Source of the DNA: Cetorhinus maximus
Lineage: Eukaryota
Direction of reading: 5' to 3'
Length of the DNA stretch: 64,000 nucleotides
NCBI RefSeq assembly: GCF_964194155.1
Contig: NC_135897.1
Location: forward strand, 84,320,001-84,384,000
The notes below the pieces were generated by a model, which was not told where the DNA came from, made no database searches, and was given only the letters and a program-made list of their open reading frames with translations. Positions 11,573-23,909 of this stretch are shown in pieces. Numbering within the stretch: position 1 is the stretch's first letter; every line of letters begins with the position of its first letter. Position numbers and translations under genes: made by a program.

Positions 11573-14052
11573 CGTCGCATTCTGAGATCCACACTCAGTG
11601 CCATGCGCCGCCATATGAACACACTCGACCTCTCCCTCCAGCAGCACCGCCGCACCCTTTTTCAAAGCTGCGCGTGCCCCCAGTTTCATTTTATTCTTCG
11701 CCTCATCCGTCGCCTCAACAAGAAACTTTTTCTCTTTCTCTCAAGTGCTAAGGAACGCAAACTCCAACAACTCATCGACTCCAACACCCATCTGGGACCC
11801 TCCACCCCTGCTTGTCCCTCCGTCCTCACCCCATCTTCCAATCCCAGCCCCAGCCGCGTATTCACTATACCCCCTGACCTTCCCCTCTCCGATGCTGAAC
11901 GTTCAGTGCTCAGCAAAGGACTTAGTTTCATACCCTTACGCCCTCATCTCAATGAATTTCGGGCTCGGCATGATGCTGAACTCTTCTTCCGCCGTCTTCG
12001 TCTCCGTGCTCACTTCTTTGGGCAGGAGTCCTCTCCCCGTTCAACGGATCCTTTTACCCACCTCCAATATTCTCCCTCCACTTGGACCCCTCCCTCTGGA
12101 TTCTTACCTTCTCTTGATCTTTTCATTGAGAACTGTCGGCGTGACATTAGCCGTCTCAATTTCTCTGCTCCTCTCACCCATTCTAATCTGTCTCTCTCTG
12201 AACTCACTGCACTCCGTTCTCTCAGGTCCAACCCCAACATTGTCATCAAACCCGCTGACAAGGGTGGTACTGTTGTTGTCTGGCGCATTGACCTCTACCT
12301 CGCGGAGGCTGAGCGTCAACTCGCAGACGTTTCTTCCTACCTCTCCCTGGACCATGACCTCACCACAGAACATCAAGCCATTGTTTCCAGGACTGTCACT
12401 GACCTCATCTCCTCTGGAGATCTTCATCCCACAGCTTCCAACTTGGAAGTCGCCCAACCTCGGACGGCCCGCTTCTACCTCCTACCCAAAATCCACAAAC
12501 AGAACTGTCCTGGCAGACCGATCGTGTCAGCCTGTTCCTGCCCCACGGAACTCATTTCTCGTTATCTTGACTCCCTTCTCTCTCCCCTTGTCCAGTCCCT
12601 TCCCACCTACATCCGTGATTCCTCTGACACCTTACGTCACATCAACAATTTCCAGTTCCCTGGCCCCAACCGCTTCCTCTTCACCATGGATGTCCAATCC
12701 CTCTACACCTCCATCCCCCACCAGGATGGTCTGAGGGCCCTTAGCTTCTTCCTTGAACAGAGGCCCCAACAATCCCCATCCACCACTACTCTCCTCCGTC
12801 TGGCTGAACTTGTTCTCACACTGAACAATTTCTCCTTTAACTCCTCTCACTTCCTCCAAATAAAAGGTGTGGCTATGGGTACCCGCATGGGCTCCAGCTA
12901 TGCCTGTCTCTTTATGGGGTATGTGGAACATTCCTTGTTCCAGTCCTACTCCGGCCCCCTCCCACAACTCTTTCTCCGGTACATCGATGATTAAACTTCG
13001 GTGCTGCTTCATGCTCTCGTCGGGACCTGGAAAAATTTATTAATTTTGCTTCCAATCTCCACCCCTCCATCATCTTCACATGGTCCATCTCTGACACTTC
13101 TCTTCCCTTCCTTGACCTCTCTGTCTCAATTTCTGATGACAGACTGTCCACCAATATCCATTACAAGCCTACCGACTCCCACAGCTACCTCGACTACAGC
13201 TCCTCACACCCCGCTTCCTGTAAAGACTCCATCCCATTCTCTCAGTTCCTTCGCCTCCGTCGCATCTGTTCTGATGACGCTACCTTCAAAAACAGCTCCT
13301 CTGACATGTCCTCCTTCTTCCTTAACCGAGGTTTTCCACCCACGGTCGTTGACAGGGCCCTCAACCGTGTCCGGCCCATATCCCGCGCATCCTCCCTCAC
13401 GCCTTCTCCTCCTTCCCAGAAACATGATAGGGTCCCCCTTGTCCTCACTTATCACCCCACCAGCCTCCGCATTCAAAGGATCATCCTCCGCCATTTCCGC
13501 CAACTCCAGCATGATGCCACCACCAAACACATCTTCCCTTCACCCCCCCTGACGGCATTCCGTAGGGATCGTTCCCGCCGGGAAACCCTGGTCCACTCCT
13601 CCATCACCCCGTACTCCTCAACCCCCACTTATGGCACCTCCCCATGCCCACGCAGAAGATGCAACACCTGCCCCTTCACTTCCTCTCTCCTCACCGTCCA
13701 AGGGCCCAAACACTCCTTTCAAGTGAAGCAGCATTTCACTTGCATTTCCCCTAACTTAGTCTACTGCATTCGTTGCTCCCAATGCGGTCTCCTCTACATT
13801 GGAGAGACCAAACGCAAACTGGGCGACCGTTTTGCGGAACACCTGCGGTCTGTCCGCAAGAAAGACCCAAACCTCCCTGTCGCTTGCCATTTTAACACTC
13901 CACCCTGTTCTCTTGCCCACATGTCTGTCCTTGGCTTGCTGCATTGTTCCAGTGAAGCCCAACGCAAACTGGAGGAACAGCACCTCATCTTCCGACTAGG
14001 CACTTTACAGCCCTCCGGGCTGAATATTGAATTCAACAACTTTAGATCTTAA
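11573..14052 (+). pseudogene. PLE RT-GIY-YIG polyprotein interrupted by a single frameshift
   Basis: ORF 11522-12994 stops right after YIDD (GAT GAT TAA ACT TCG GT). Removing 2 nt restores YIDDYFGAAS and an open frame running into ORF 13306-14052. Confidence 0.9.
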
Positions 14053-14427
14053 ACTCCCCCTCCCCCCATTCCCACCCCGTTTCTTCCCCCCCCCCCCCCC
14101 GCTTTTTTTTCAATAATTTATATAGATTCTTCTTTCCCCACCTATTTCCATTATTTTTAGATGTAAAACTAAAACCTTTAGTCTTTCCACCCCACCCCCA
14201 CTAGAGCTGTACTTTGAATATCCTGTCTTCCATTCTTAATTAGCACTTTTCTCAGACAAATACCACCACCTTCAACACCTCTTTGACCCTTTTGTCTGTG
14301 ACATCTTTTGATTATCTGCTCATCTCCACAATCACCACACCACACCCTCAATGTGTCTCCCCCACCACCCCACCCCCCCCACCCACCTTAAACCAATTTA
14401 TATTTCTCCCTTCTTCTAACTATGCTC

Positions 14428-14468
14428 CAGTTCTGCCGAAGGGCCATGAAGGCTCGAAACGTTAACTG
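14428..14468 (+). ncRNA. Minimal type-I hammerhead ribozyme motif in the PLE pseudo-LTR (core variant)
   Basis: Stem I CAGTT/AACTG; core CTGCCGA-A; stem II GGGCC-ATGAA-GGCTC; GAAAC-GTT with palindromic ACGT stem III. Confidence 0.75.
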
Positions 14469-14662
14469 ATTTCTTCTCCGCCGATGCTGCCAGACTTGCT
14501 GAGTTTTTCCAGGTAATTCTGTTTTTGTTTTGGATTTCCAGCATCCGCAGTAGCTTTTAGCTTTTTGTTTTTATCTGGTAAGATTGTAGTTGGCCCTATA
14601 AGAGATATAAACATTTCACGCGGGTCCCAAAATCAAAGGGATGTTTTGGAAGGTAAAGATAA

Positions 14663-16148
14663 TGTTATGATCCCAGCTGATGTTACTACTGGACAAGCCA
14701 GAACCCAGGTTGGACCCCGGCTTGATAGATCCCAACTTTTATTTTTTTGTTTAGAAACATGGAGACTGGCTACTGAACAGAGACACAGGAATTAGCTGAT
14801 GAACTGTTAACAAAAGAATAAAACATTTATTAATCAAGAGAAAATGAACTGTATTATTGTTATGGCACAGCTGATGGTGCATGCTGAGCTGCTCAAATCT
14901 CAAAGGGAAACTTGAAACAACTGCGGTAGCTGTTTTGCAATTTGTATAAATTTTGAGATGTGTGCCTCGAATTCCGTAGTAAGACCACCGAGTCTTATAG
15001 GTTTCTTACAAAACTAAATTATACCTCTACTAATAGAAGGAATGATTTTAAGCACACAGGTCTACAATAACTTCTAAATCCCCTAGTTAAACTGACTCTC
15101 AGTTACACTTTCATTAAGGCAACAGTAAGACACACAGATTTTAAAAAAGACCCAGGCAAAGAAGCATGATACCCTGAACAATCGAATTCAAAGTGAGGTT
15201 TCTTAATTTCAGTCCTTTGAGGACAGCAGCTTGAGGCTTAGATGCTGGAGGCTTTTTCACACTTGTTTTAGATCTTAGAATGCCTACCCTTACACACGGC
15301 CTTCTCTCCTTTATACATATTTTCCCCTTTGAATGCAAATTTCCATTATTTTACTATGTCTTTGGACCTTACCTCTCTAATAATAAAAAATCTACCATAG
15401 TACCAATTTTACCAGTAATCTTTGGGAAAAATAAACACACTGTTTCTTAACTTTTCCTGGCTAGGTGAAACATTTCACCCCTTCTTTGAATTCAAGCTAG
15501 TCTAGTTTATTTAAAATGCAAATGCTCCCTTTACACCTATGTTTACCTACTTAACATTTCAAATCTAGCTTATCTTCTGTTACATCAAAACCTTCAGACC
15601 AGCTACCTTTAATTCAATTAAGTCTCACACACACACATAGACACAGACCCCACTATTACTCTACAATAAATTCCAATAACATTATGAAAATTATTATATC
15701 TTCCTGACAATTACAATACTTCTTCACCCACAACTATACCTTTACAGATATATACAGATTTATAAAGATAACACAAATTACAAAAGCCATCTTATACTGC
15801 AATGTTCACAGTAAGTACATAGTCCATGCAAACCAATAGGCAACCTGTGGTCAGGCACACTGCACTCTGAAATCAAGTGATAGATGCCACCCCAAACAGG
15901 TGCTATGGATCTCTCATCAACTCCCCTTGAGAACACAGCTCCCCTCTTCAAGTGTCATAAAACTCATTAAAAATGCAGGTATACAAACACAGCTTAGACT
16001 TTCTGTCTCACTCTAAAATGAAACTAGATCCCAGGTTTCACCTTTTTAACCCATAAATAGAAAATATGTAAATTAAACTTAAAGCCACAGCTTATTCCTA
16101 ACACACACAAAAACACATATAACTTAATTAAATTATCTCTTCCTAACA
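14663..16148. mobile_element. Solo LTR, interrupted by a second solo LTR
   Basis: TGTTA...TAACA termini and a 4-bp TSD ATAA at 14659-14662 and 16149-16152. Confidence 0.65.
14858..15709. mobile_element. Nested solo LTR (~850 bp)
   Basis: TGTTA...TGACA termini, flanks ATTAT/ATTAC; homologous in opposite orientation to 34790-35620. Confidence 0.75.
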
Positions 16149-17165
16149 ATAATTAATTGAAATTTCTGTCTGGAGCATCCCAAGTACTCCATGTTGCTAT
16201 AAAAATAGGCTGTGCAGAAAGGTACTCTTTTTGGGGGTTTTATCTCTGTGATTTCTGACAGAAAGGTCAGTTGCATCCTGGAGAAGGCAGAGAATCTTTA
16301 CAGAGCTGTAAAGCAGCTGAAACTTTAGCATAGGGCTATCAGAGACCAAGGCTGTTTTCTGATTTAAAGCCACTAAGCAAGAATGAGAGTGAGGCCCATG
16401 CTCGAGCTGGGGAACCCACAATTGTCAGGTAGTGAAGGAGAGTTGTTGGGGTGCCTAGTCTTATGCTAGTGGATAGACCCCAAGAAATCTCATAGCCAAG
16501 AGAATAGTGGGAACGCTGAGGAGAACCAAAGTGAATTAGTGAGAGCTATGGCATACCTTGGTTTGGCCTCAGGAGAAGTCAATTAACCCTCAAGGCCCTG
16601 CAAGGTATAGGGGAACTCTTGGGTGGAAGTAGGGGTTTAAATTAAAAATGTTTATGTTCTGAGATTTTCGGATTTAAAACATAAGTAATCACAAATTATA
16701 GTTTTAGTTTAGTAGTGTTTAATGTTTAACTCTTGTGCTGTAAAGGTTTTGATTAAAAAATATGCAATTGTGTAGTATAATTCTTTCATTAAATATCTAG
16801 CATTTCGAATTGCTGTTTCTACAGAGATTATAACAATTGTACCTTGTAATTTTCATGCTGTAAAGTTGTGAATCTCCTAACTTACCTTGAGCAATACTAT
16901 GGCAAACCTGTGTTTTGTTTATACTAAAAAGAGCAGGGAGAGAATGGATAACAGGCATAAATGTCTGCATTTACTGTCTTATGCGTGGTGTAGACTCAGC
17001 AACGTGAGTGATTCCAAAATCGTCTTGTGGTTGTCTTCCGGAGATGCAGGTTACTGATGTTGGATTGGAGTTTTAGTGTCATGTGAAATGGATTGATTAA
17101 AAATTGTAATGTGCTTTAAATGTCAAATAGGATATTTGCCTACCTGAGCAGATCTGAATGTGTGT

Positions 17166-17370
17166 ATAAAAGCAAAAAAAACTGCGGCTGCTGGAAATCC
17201 AAAACAAAAATAAAAATACCTGGAAAAACTCAACAGGTCTGGCAGCATCTGCGGAGAGGACCACAGTTAACGTCTTGAGTCCGAATGACTCTTCAACAGA
17301 ACTTCTGTTGAAGAGTCATACGGACTTGAAACGTTAACTGTGTTCCTCTCCACAGATGCTGCCAGACCTG
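17166..17370 (-). mobile_element. Fold-back PLE pseudo-LTR derivative with hammerhead motifs on both arms
   Basis: Palindrome centred at 17302; CTGTTGA-A-GAGTC-ATACG-GACTT-GAAAC-GTT-AACTG at 17305-17340; 12-bp TSD CTGAATGTGTGT at 17154-17165 and 17371-17382. Confidence 0.9.
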
Positions 17371-17684
17371 CTGAATGTGTGTGTGTTCTATTTCATTTCT
17401 CATGGTAAAGTACTAGAATGTGAATTTCAACACTGTAGCAGTTTAAATTTGCTCATCAAGCTCGTGATAGAATCTCAGAAAGTTTGCTTTAAGGTTGTCC
17501 ATGCATCTTAAGCTTTCTGTTTTTATTCCTTCTTGGTACCTAGTCTTTCTCATCTCCTAACCTTCAAGCACTTGGGAAGATGTTTTCCTCACATGGCGAA
17601 CACTATGGAAATGCAAATTGTATATTTTCCATTCTTCTTTCTTTATCAGACACCATTCCAGGTGGAGAGCAGGGGGAGAGACAA

Positions 17685-19340
17685 GGGCCACTAAAATTCA
17701 GCTTAATAGTGCTGCTGGTGTAGGTGCCAAAGAAGCTCGGAAACCCCCAAAATGATGGCCAATCTGTTTCTGGTGTGACATGTCATGTTTAGAAGAGGGT
17801 AATTGGGGCATGCCAAATATGCACTAGAAGCAAACAGTGAGGGCAGACTGTGATGTCATTCAACGTTTAACACTAATTTGGTACCGGACTGCCATTTTGG
17901 ACCTTGCGGGTTCTATTAGTACCTTCTCTCGAACATTCGCAGCCAAACACGTTTCAGCTTTGTGAGGGAACCTCTATTGTCCCCCCCGACCAACCACCAC
18001 ACGTGCGCGCACACACATGCACGTGTACGCACACACACACTTCAGGTGATGTGCTTTTGACTTACTTCTGCTACTGCAGAGTTAGTGGAAGTGCCGTGTA
18101 CTGTATTGTTGGAGGATTTCTGAACTGAAATGTTTCTGGAGTCAAGAAGGACTCACACCGGACTTTGCCCAGGGGTTGATTGGATTTTGAATTCCAGTGA
18201 GCAGAGAGTCTGCTCTCGTTCATGGGGGGGCTTTCGCTACCACCCCTTTTGGGCTGCGGCACCACAGGGAGATGGAGCAGAGGCAGCAGAGAAGGGAAGC
18301 TGAACATAGAGGGGAGGTGGAGGGCTCTTAATAGAAGGCCTGAGGTATTCAGGGGGCACTTCTGATCATCACCTCAGACAGGAGCAGTGATGGAAGTGGC
18401 TATAATTCACCAAGGAGGTGGTCATTGAACTATGCCACCTCATCGCTGGATCAGCAGCCACAGAGCAGGGTGGGGACGTGCTGCCAGTAACTACCAAGGT
18501 CAGCAAGGCCCTCAATTTCTATACCTCAGGATTATTCCTGGCTGGAGCTGGCAACATTGTCAACATCTCCGAGTTCACTGTGCCTTACTACCTCAGGGAG
18601 GTAACAGAGAGCCTGGACGACAGGAGAGGGGACTTCATTGTTTTCTCTCTAAGCAGAGAGAAGCAGAAGGAGCGGAGTAATGAGATTTCAAATGGTGCAG
18701 GGAGCCATCGACTGCACCATGTGGCTCTGAGGGTGCCACGTGTTAATGTGAGATGTACCGGTACTGCAGGGATCAACACTGCAAGAATATGCAGCTGGTG
18801 TGCGGCCACGCACAGAGCATCGTGTTGTGAATGCCCACTATCCTGGCATTTCATCCTGTCCTGTCAGCTATTCCCACCATATTCAAGCCACCATGATGAA
18901 CCGGAGGCTGGCTGCATGGTGATGAGGGCTACCTGCTCAACATGTGGCTCATGACTCTTTGCCACTTAAATGCATGTGGGATTGAGAGCCATGCTCCCAC
19001 CAGAAAGGCTGTGGAGCAAACCATCATTCTTCTAAAAACAATTCTGCTGCCAGGATCGCTCAAGAGGATATCCTATAATACTTGCCAGAGCATGTCTCTT
19101 AAATTTGTGGTGAAATGCTGCAAGCTACACAAATTGGTTATCATGTGGTTGCAGCTCTTGCCACCAGGCCTTGTGCAAGAAGCTTGCAGTGGAGGTGGCA
19201 CCCAGGACCCAATGGACTGTCTGTGAGCATGGCATCATACAGCACAATTTACCCTTTGAACATGATCAATTTGATGAGCTCACAGATAAATGCAGCCCCG
19301 TGGTCTAGGTTTTCCGATCTGAGTGTAAAATGTTTGCCCT
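17685..19340 (+). mobile_element. Decayed PIF/Harbinger DNA transposon (HARBI1-like transposase remnant at ~18400-19150)
   Basis: ORF 18418-18954 contains LPVTTKVSKALNFYTSG..NISEFTV..LREVTESL..RRGDFIVF, then a frameshifted VQGAIDCT, typical of DDE_Tnp_4. Outer boundaries are tentative. Confidence 0.75.
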
Positions 19341-19394
19341 TTAGCTATTGTTTTCATGCTATTCCCATTAGATAGCCAAGTTCCTGCCAGTTCT

Positions 19395-19775
19395 AATCAT
19401 AGAATGGCCACAGCTCAGAAGGAGGCCATTTGGCCCATTGTGCCTATGCTGGCTCCCTGCTAGAGCAACTCGCCTAATCCCACTTGGCTTTTCCATGTAG
19501 CCCTGCAAATTTTTTCTCTTTAGATAAGCATCCAATTCCCTTTCGAAGTCTTCGATTGAATCTGCCTCCTTAACACTCTCTGGCAGCATATTTTAGATCC
19601 TAACCACCTGTTGTGTTTAAACAAGAAGTTTCTCCCCATGTCATCATTGCTTCTTTTGCCAAAGACCTTAAATCGGTGTTCTCTGGTTCTTGATCATTCT
19701 GCAAATGGAAACAGTTTCTCCCTGCCTATTGTGTTCAGAGCTATCATGGTCTTGAATAAGTCTATCAAACCTCCT
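19395..19775 (-). mobile_element. CR1 LINE 3' fragment
   Basis: LPESVKEADSIEDFERELDAYL followed by a CR1 3' UTR hairpin and ATTCTATGAT tail. Confidence 0.85.
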
Positions 19776-20129
19776 AATACTAACATAATCCTAGGAAAAC
19801 AGTACAGAATCCCTCCTGGATTACGTTAACCATTTAGACTCTGCTTATATGCCACCCGTTCCATGCACCATAATTATTGATAAGTTAGTAGTTTAACCAA
19901 GCAAGTTGCAGACGAGAGTGCTCCTGTTTCCTTCCAGTTTCAGCCTGTCGTATTTGGCCTGAGGACTCCCCCTTTTTCTGGGAGTGTGGTCAGAATTTGT
20001 TGGGACGGACAACGTGGGCCTTCTTCATCTGTTGGTTTCAACTTCTCTAAATGTTCCTACTAATCAACTGTAAACTTCCCATGCTCGTTAGCGTTTTTGC
20101 AAGTATCGTCTAACTGATTCTTTCCTTGT

Positions 20130-20240
20130 TAGGCAAGGGCATTAGAGGTTAATGAACCCAGCTGGATAGATCAGCCATAATCTAACTGAATGGCAGAATA
20201 GGCATGAGGGGCTGAATGGCCTCTTCCTGTGCCTATGCTT
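20130..20240 (+). mobile_element. CR1 3'-UTR fragment
   Basis: GATCAGCCAT...GAGGGGCTGAATGGCCT matches the CR1 end at 36340-36410. Confidence 0.7.
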
Positions 20241-21332
20241 TGGTTACAAGATACCTTCTCATGTTCATGTGAAAAGCACATGACTCCTGGATCTTAATCC
20301 AAGTCCTGACCTGTTTCATAGCTTTAAATATATCTTGATCAATGCATTTAATTTGGCTGGTTTTATTTCCAATTTTAGTAGAGGTTATACACAATGCAGG
20401 AGAGAGAAAGTGAGCACATCTTCAACTGTGTCTCCCTGTTGGAATTCTGCACTCTGCATGGATTCCATCTGGTGCTCCACCCTCTTACCCCACCTATTAC
20501 AAGTGCGATCCCACCTATTACAAGTGAGAAGGCTGAGACCAAGTGTGTAAAAGTAGCTAGGAGTGACTTACTATCAGATTTACATATCTTGACATTTAAT
20601 TTTTGTCCTTCCTCTTTCTCGATAATGCTTTCCATCAGGAAATGTATTGCTGTCAGGCAGTGCTGTGATACCATCTGTTTGCATTGCTTATCTCTTTAAT
20701 CTGCACTGCCAAGGTAAATTAGAATTGCGGTGTGGAAGTTGTAAACATCATCCCACCACTATGATGCAGCCTCTCGGAAACACATCCTTTTTATCGTGAT
20801 AAGTTTCACAAGTAAACAGGAAAATGCCAATCATCTTGAAATAGAAAATTTCTCCGTAATGAACCATTTGATAACTCATCATCAAAATCACCTTTTACTT
20901 CTGGTCCTAAGATATTGGGGTTTTTTGACTGACTGTCCAGAGTTTTTCTCATGATACTAATTGTTTTGCAGAAATCTCTTGAGGGATCTTATCTCAGTTG
21001 GTGCGTTTTCAATTATCGAGAGAATTTTCTTTTCCCACTTAATTTTTAACTGAATTTTGGCATATGATATCCGTTAAATCTGAGATAAAGTGTATGAAAC
21101 TCTTTTTATCTGATGACCAATGCCAGTTTCCCATTTGTTTCAATTTTGCTTCATTATAAATGTGCCAAACTATTTCAGTGCCAATTAAATGTTAAATTTT
21201 AAGAGTATACAAAATGCTCTTTTATGGAGGTTGACAGTGGATACGGAGTCAAGATCTCTGAAAAACATTTAAGAGGAGATTTAAGATGGGAAATGCAGCA
21301 AAAGATATTAAGCAAGCCTGGCATCATTAGAG

Positions 21333-21456
21333 GGGAGACTGTGGCATAGTGGTATTGTCACTGGACAAGTGTTCCAGAAGACCAAGGGTAATGCTCTGGG
21401 TACCTGGGTTCAAATCCCACCACGGCAGATGTTGAAATTTGAATTCAATAAAAAAA
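21333..21456 (+). mobile_element. tRNA-derived SINE head
   Basis: A box TGGCATAGTGG and B box GGTTCAAATCC; same family as 25040-25416. Confidence 0.8.
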
Positions 21457-21934
21457 GCCTGTCATCCAGAAACTATGTTTAGGGCTCAGGACTCTTAACT
21501 TTGCATCCATAACAGACGGAGCAGTAACTTAAAGGACATGGTTTGATCAATCATGATGAGAGACTTAAGTAGTAGATCTCTTCAGCTTGACCAAGGCATT
21601 GAGTGAACCCTTCAGAGGAGGTAGCGTTCCAGTCATTTTCAGAATTGGAGGGCCTTGTCTTAGAAAAGAGATTTTTTTTCTCTATTTTTGATCTTGGGCT
21701 TGCCAAGTCTTGTATTCCAGTATTGAACAGGCTTTGTCCCTTAGAGATCAAGAGGTACAAAGTAAAGATCATTCTAATGACCGAATGTCGACTATAACAG
21801 ACTTAAGATGTTTTCCCACTGGAAATGCTTTGTCTTCATGTGTGTTGGCCGTGGCTCAGTAGGCCGCATTCTCGCCCCTAAATCAGAATGTTGATGGCTG
21901 CTGCCTTCCAAATTTGTGTCTATCTTTCCATCAG

Positions 21935-23420
21935 TTCCCTTTGAATTTCTCCCTTGCCACATCACCAAACCAGCCTTAATCGAAGGTTATGCCTGTGATC
22001 ATGATGCATTTGTCCTGCTCACCCTGTTTGACCAGCTTGCAGCCTTTGGCATGGTTTACCCCACAATCTTCCTCCAGTGCCTTTTCCCATGTCACTGAGA
22101 CTTCTACAACTAATTCCCGTGCCATTATCATTTAGTCCCCAAGAATCTATCATTGGCCTCCTCGTTCCCTTCATCTATATCCTATTCCTTGACAACATCA
22201 TCTGAAGACTTGAAATTAACTTAATTATCTATGCTGATGACACCCAGCTCTACAACTATAATACCTTTCTTCAGTCTTGCATTGTCACTTGCTGCGAGAG
22301 TGCTTGTCTAAAAAACCTCGGATGAACTACAATTTCTTACTGTTAGTGTTAGGGGGAAATTAAAAATGCTAAAAGAGAATACAGTAAGAATTTACTGAAA
22401 AACCCTTAAAATCTCCAGGCAGACATGGCTGCTACATTGCACAGCCTTGAGAGTCAGACTGGAGACATAAGTGTGACATAAATTAGATTAAGTGTTCTCC
22501 CCTCTCACATAGGGAAGGGGCAGATGGTTTTAGCTTAGATATGGGAAGACGAACAATGGACAAACACAAACAGTCTTGAGTTGTAAGAACCAAGGTCTTT
22601 GCGCATGTGTTTTAATTCTGATTGGATAATATAATTATGTATACATCCTTTAGATTAATTGGTTAGCAAAATCACCCGTTTATGTACTCAGTAGGATAAA
22701 GTTAGTATGGAACTGGTGTGTCGGTTACCGATTGGATGTATTCAAATGTACTCAAATGTGCTATGATAAGAAAAAGTACAAAAGTAGTGAAATGTAGTCA
22801 GTCAGGGAGCTGGGCCTTCATTCTTAGGAATGATTGCGGCTCCCTCGCATATGCTTGAATAAAACCGGTTAAAAGGAAGCCTGAGTCTCTTTGGTTGCTG
22901 TGTGATTGGGGATTGTAACTTCTCCTCTTCAACTGGCCTATGTGGTACTTGCAGGATTGGAGAGTGTACCTTCTTCAGTTAGAAATTGGGAAGACCAAAA
23001 CCTCTGTCTTCAGCATCTGCCAAAAACTTGATACCCTCACCACCAATTCCACCCACCTCTCCGGCTGCAGCTGCAGACGAACCTAGACAGTTCTGAAACC
23101 TGACACCATATTTGACCCTGAGCTGAGTTTATGATTCCAGGTCCTCTCTGTCAGTAAGACTGCCTACTTTGATCACCCACCTCTGTGCCTGCTGTAGCCC
23201 ATCTGCTGCTAAAACCTTCCAGACCCTTTTGTCATTCCCAAACTTGACTAGTCCGATGCTCTACTGGCTGGTGTGTCATCCTCCCACTGTCCATTAAACT
23301 AACTCATTCAAAATGTTGCTGCCCATATTTTAACCTTCAGGAAGTCCTGCTCAACATTACCCATGAATCCCCTCATCCTTGAATTTAAATCCTTCCTGGA
23401 ATTTGCTCCTCCCGAAACTC
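21935..23420 (+). mobile_element. Decayed L2 LINE, interrupted by an LTR-like insertion
   Basis: RT remnants (TATGCTGATGACACCCAGCTCTAC = YADDTQLY at ~22230); the L2 sequence resumes at ~22975 (ATTGGGAAGACCAAA). Confidence 0.7.
22347..22931 (+). mobile_element. LTR-like (ERV-type) solo insertion
   Basis: TGTTAG start, CA end, several ATTGG boxes and AATAAA near 22858; interrupts the L2 sequence. Confidence 0.5.
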
Positions 23421-23909
23421 ATTAGCCCACAACTCCCCTTCCCCCTGAAAACTTCATCGAGTTGACTGGCCTTTTCCACACTCCCTCTCCTCCTTTCTCT
23501 GTGATGTGAAATTCCATACTTAAAGGTAAGCTATTAACGTTTGACAAATGCATCAGCAACATTTCCTCACTGGGAAGATATAGAACATTGACTTTAGCTT
23601 TACTTCTAAAATCTGCATGCCTTGTAATTAATAAATAGGTGTGGGAAATGCACAAAAGCTGGACAACGGAATAATGATGGCAGTAGAGTTTTAGGACATT
23701 ATGTTCCTCCTGTTTAGAAACACAAGTTCCACATTTTGCATATCCTGTCTTGGACATACCGTTAGTCAAGTTGGTAGAAAGGTAAGAGTCTGGCAATGGG
23801 TGGATGAGCCATTTTTTTTAACAACATTTTGCAAGCAGCTCAAGCCAGTTGTGTGAAAGAACTTGGGCGGACATCTGCATGTTTTCTTTGGTCACTCTGT
23901 GCATTTAGT

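Larger units (their letters stand above)
11573..14573 (+). mobile_element. Penelope-like retroelement (Neptune-type), 5'-truncated
   Basis: PLE RT motifs (IKPADKGG, YLLPKIHK, GRPIVS, MDVQSLYTSIP, GVAMGTRMG, RYIDD), Cys linker CPRRRCNTC, GIY-YIG region (NLVYCIRCSQCGLLYIGET) and a 3' pseudo-LTR. Candidate 6-bp TSD TCTGGT at 11567-11572 and 14574-14579. Confidence 0.95.

Noticed and set aside
11745-13552. Long alternative-frame ORFs (329 aa and 183 aa) and several antisense ORFs over the PLE
   Set aside because: Pro/Ser/Leu-rich shadow frames caused by the C/T-rich strand bias of the PLE coding sequence; no domain motifs.
18418-18954. Domesticated HARBI1 gene
   Set aside because: Frameshifted and degenerate around the catalytic motifs; consistent with a transposon fossil.
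20489-20527. 17-bp direct repeat CCCACCTATTACAAGTG x2
   Set aside because: Simple local tandem duplication in decayed sequence; no further units.
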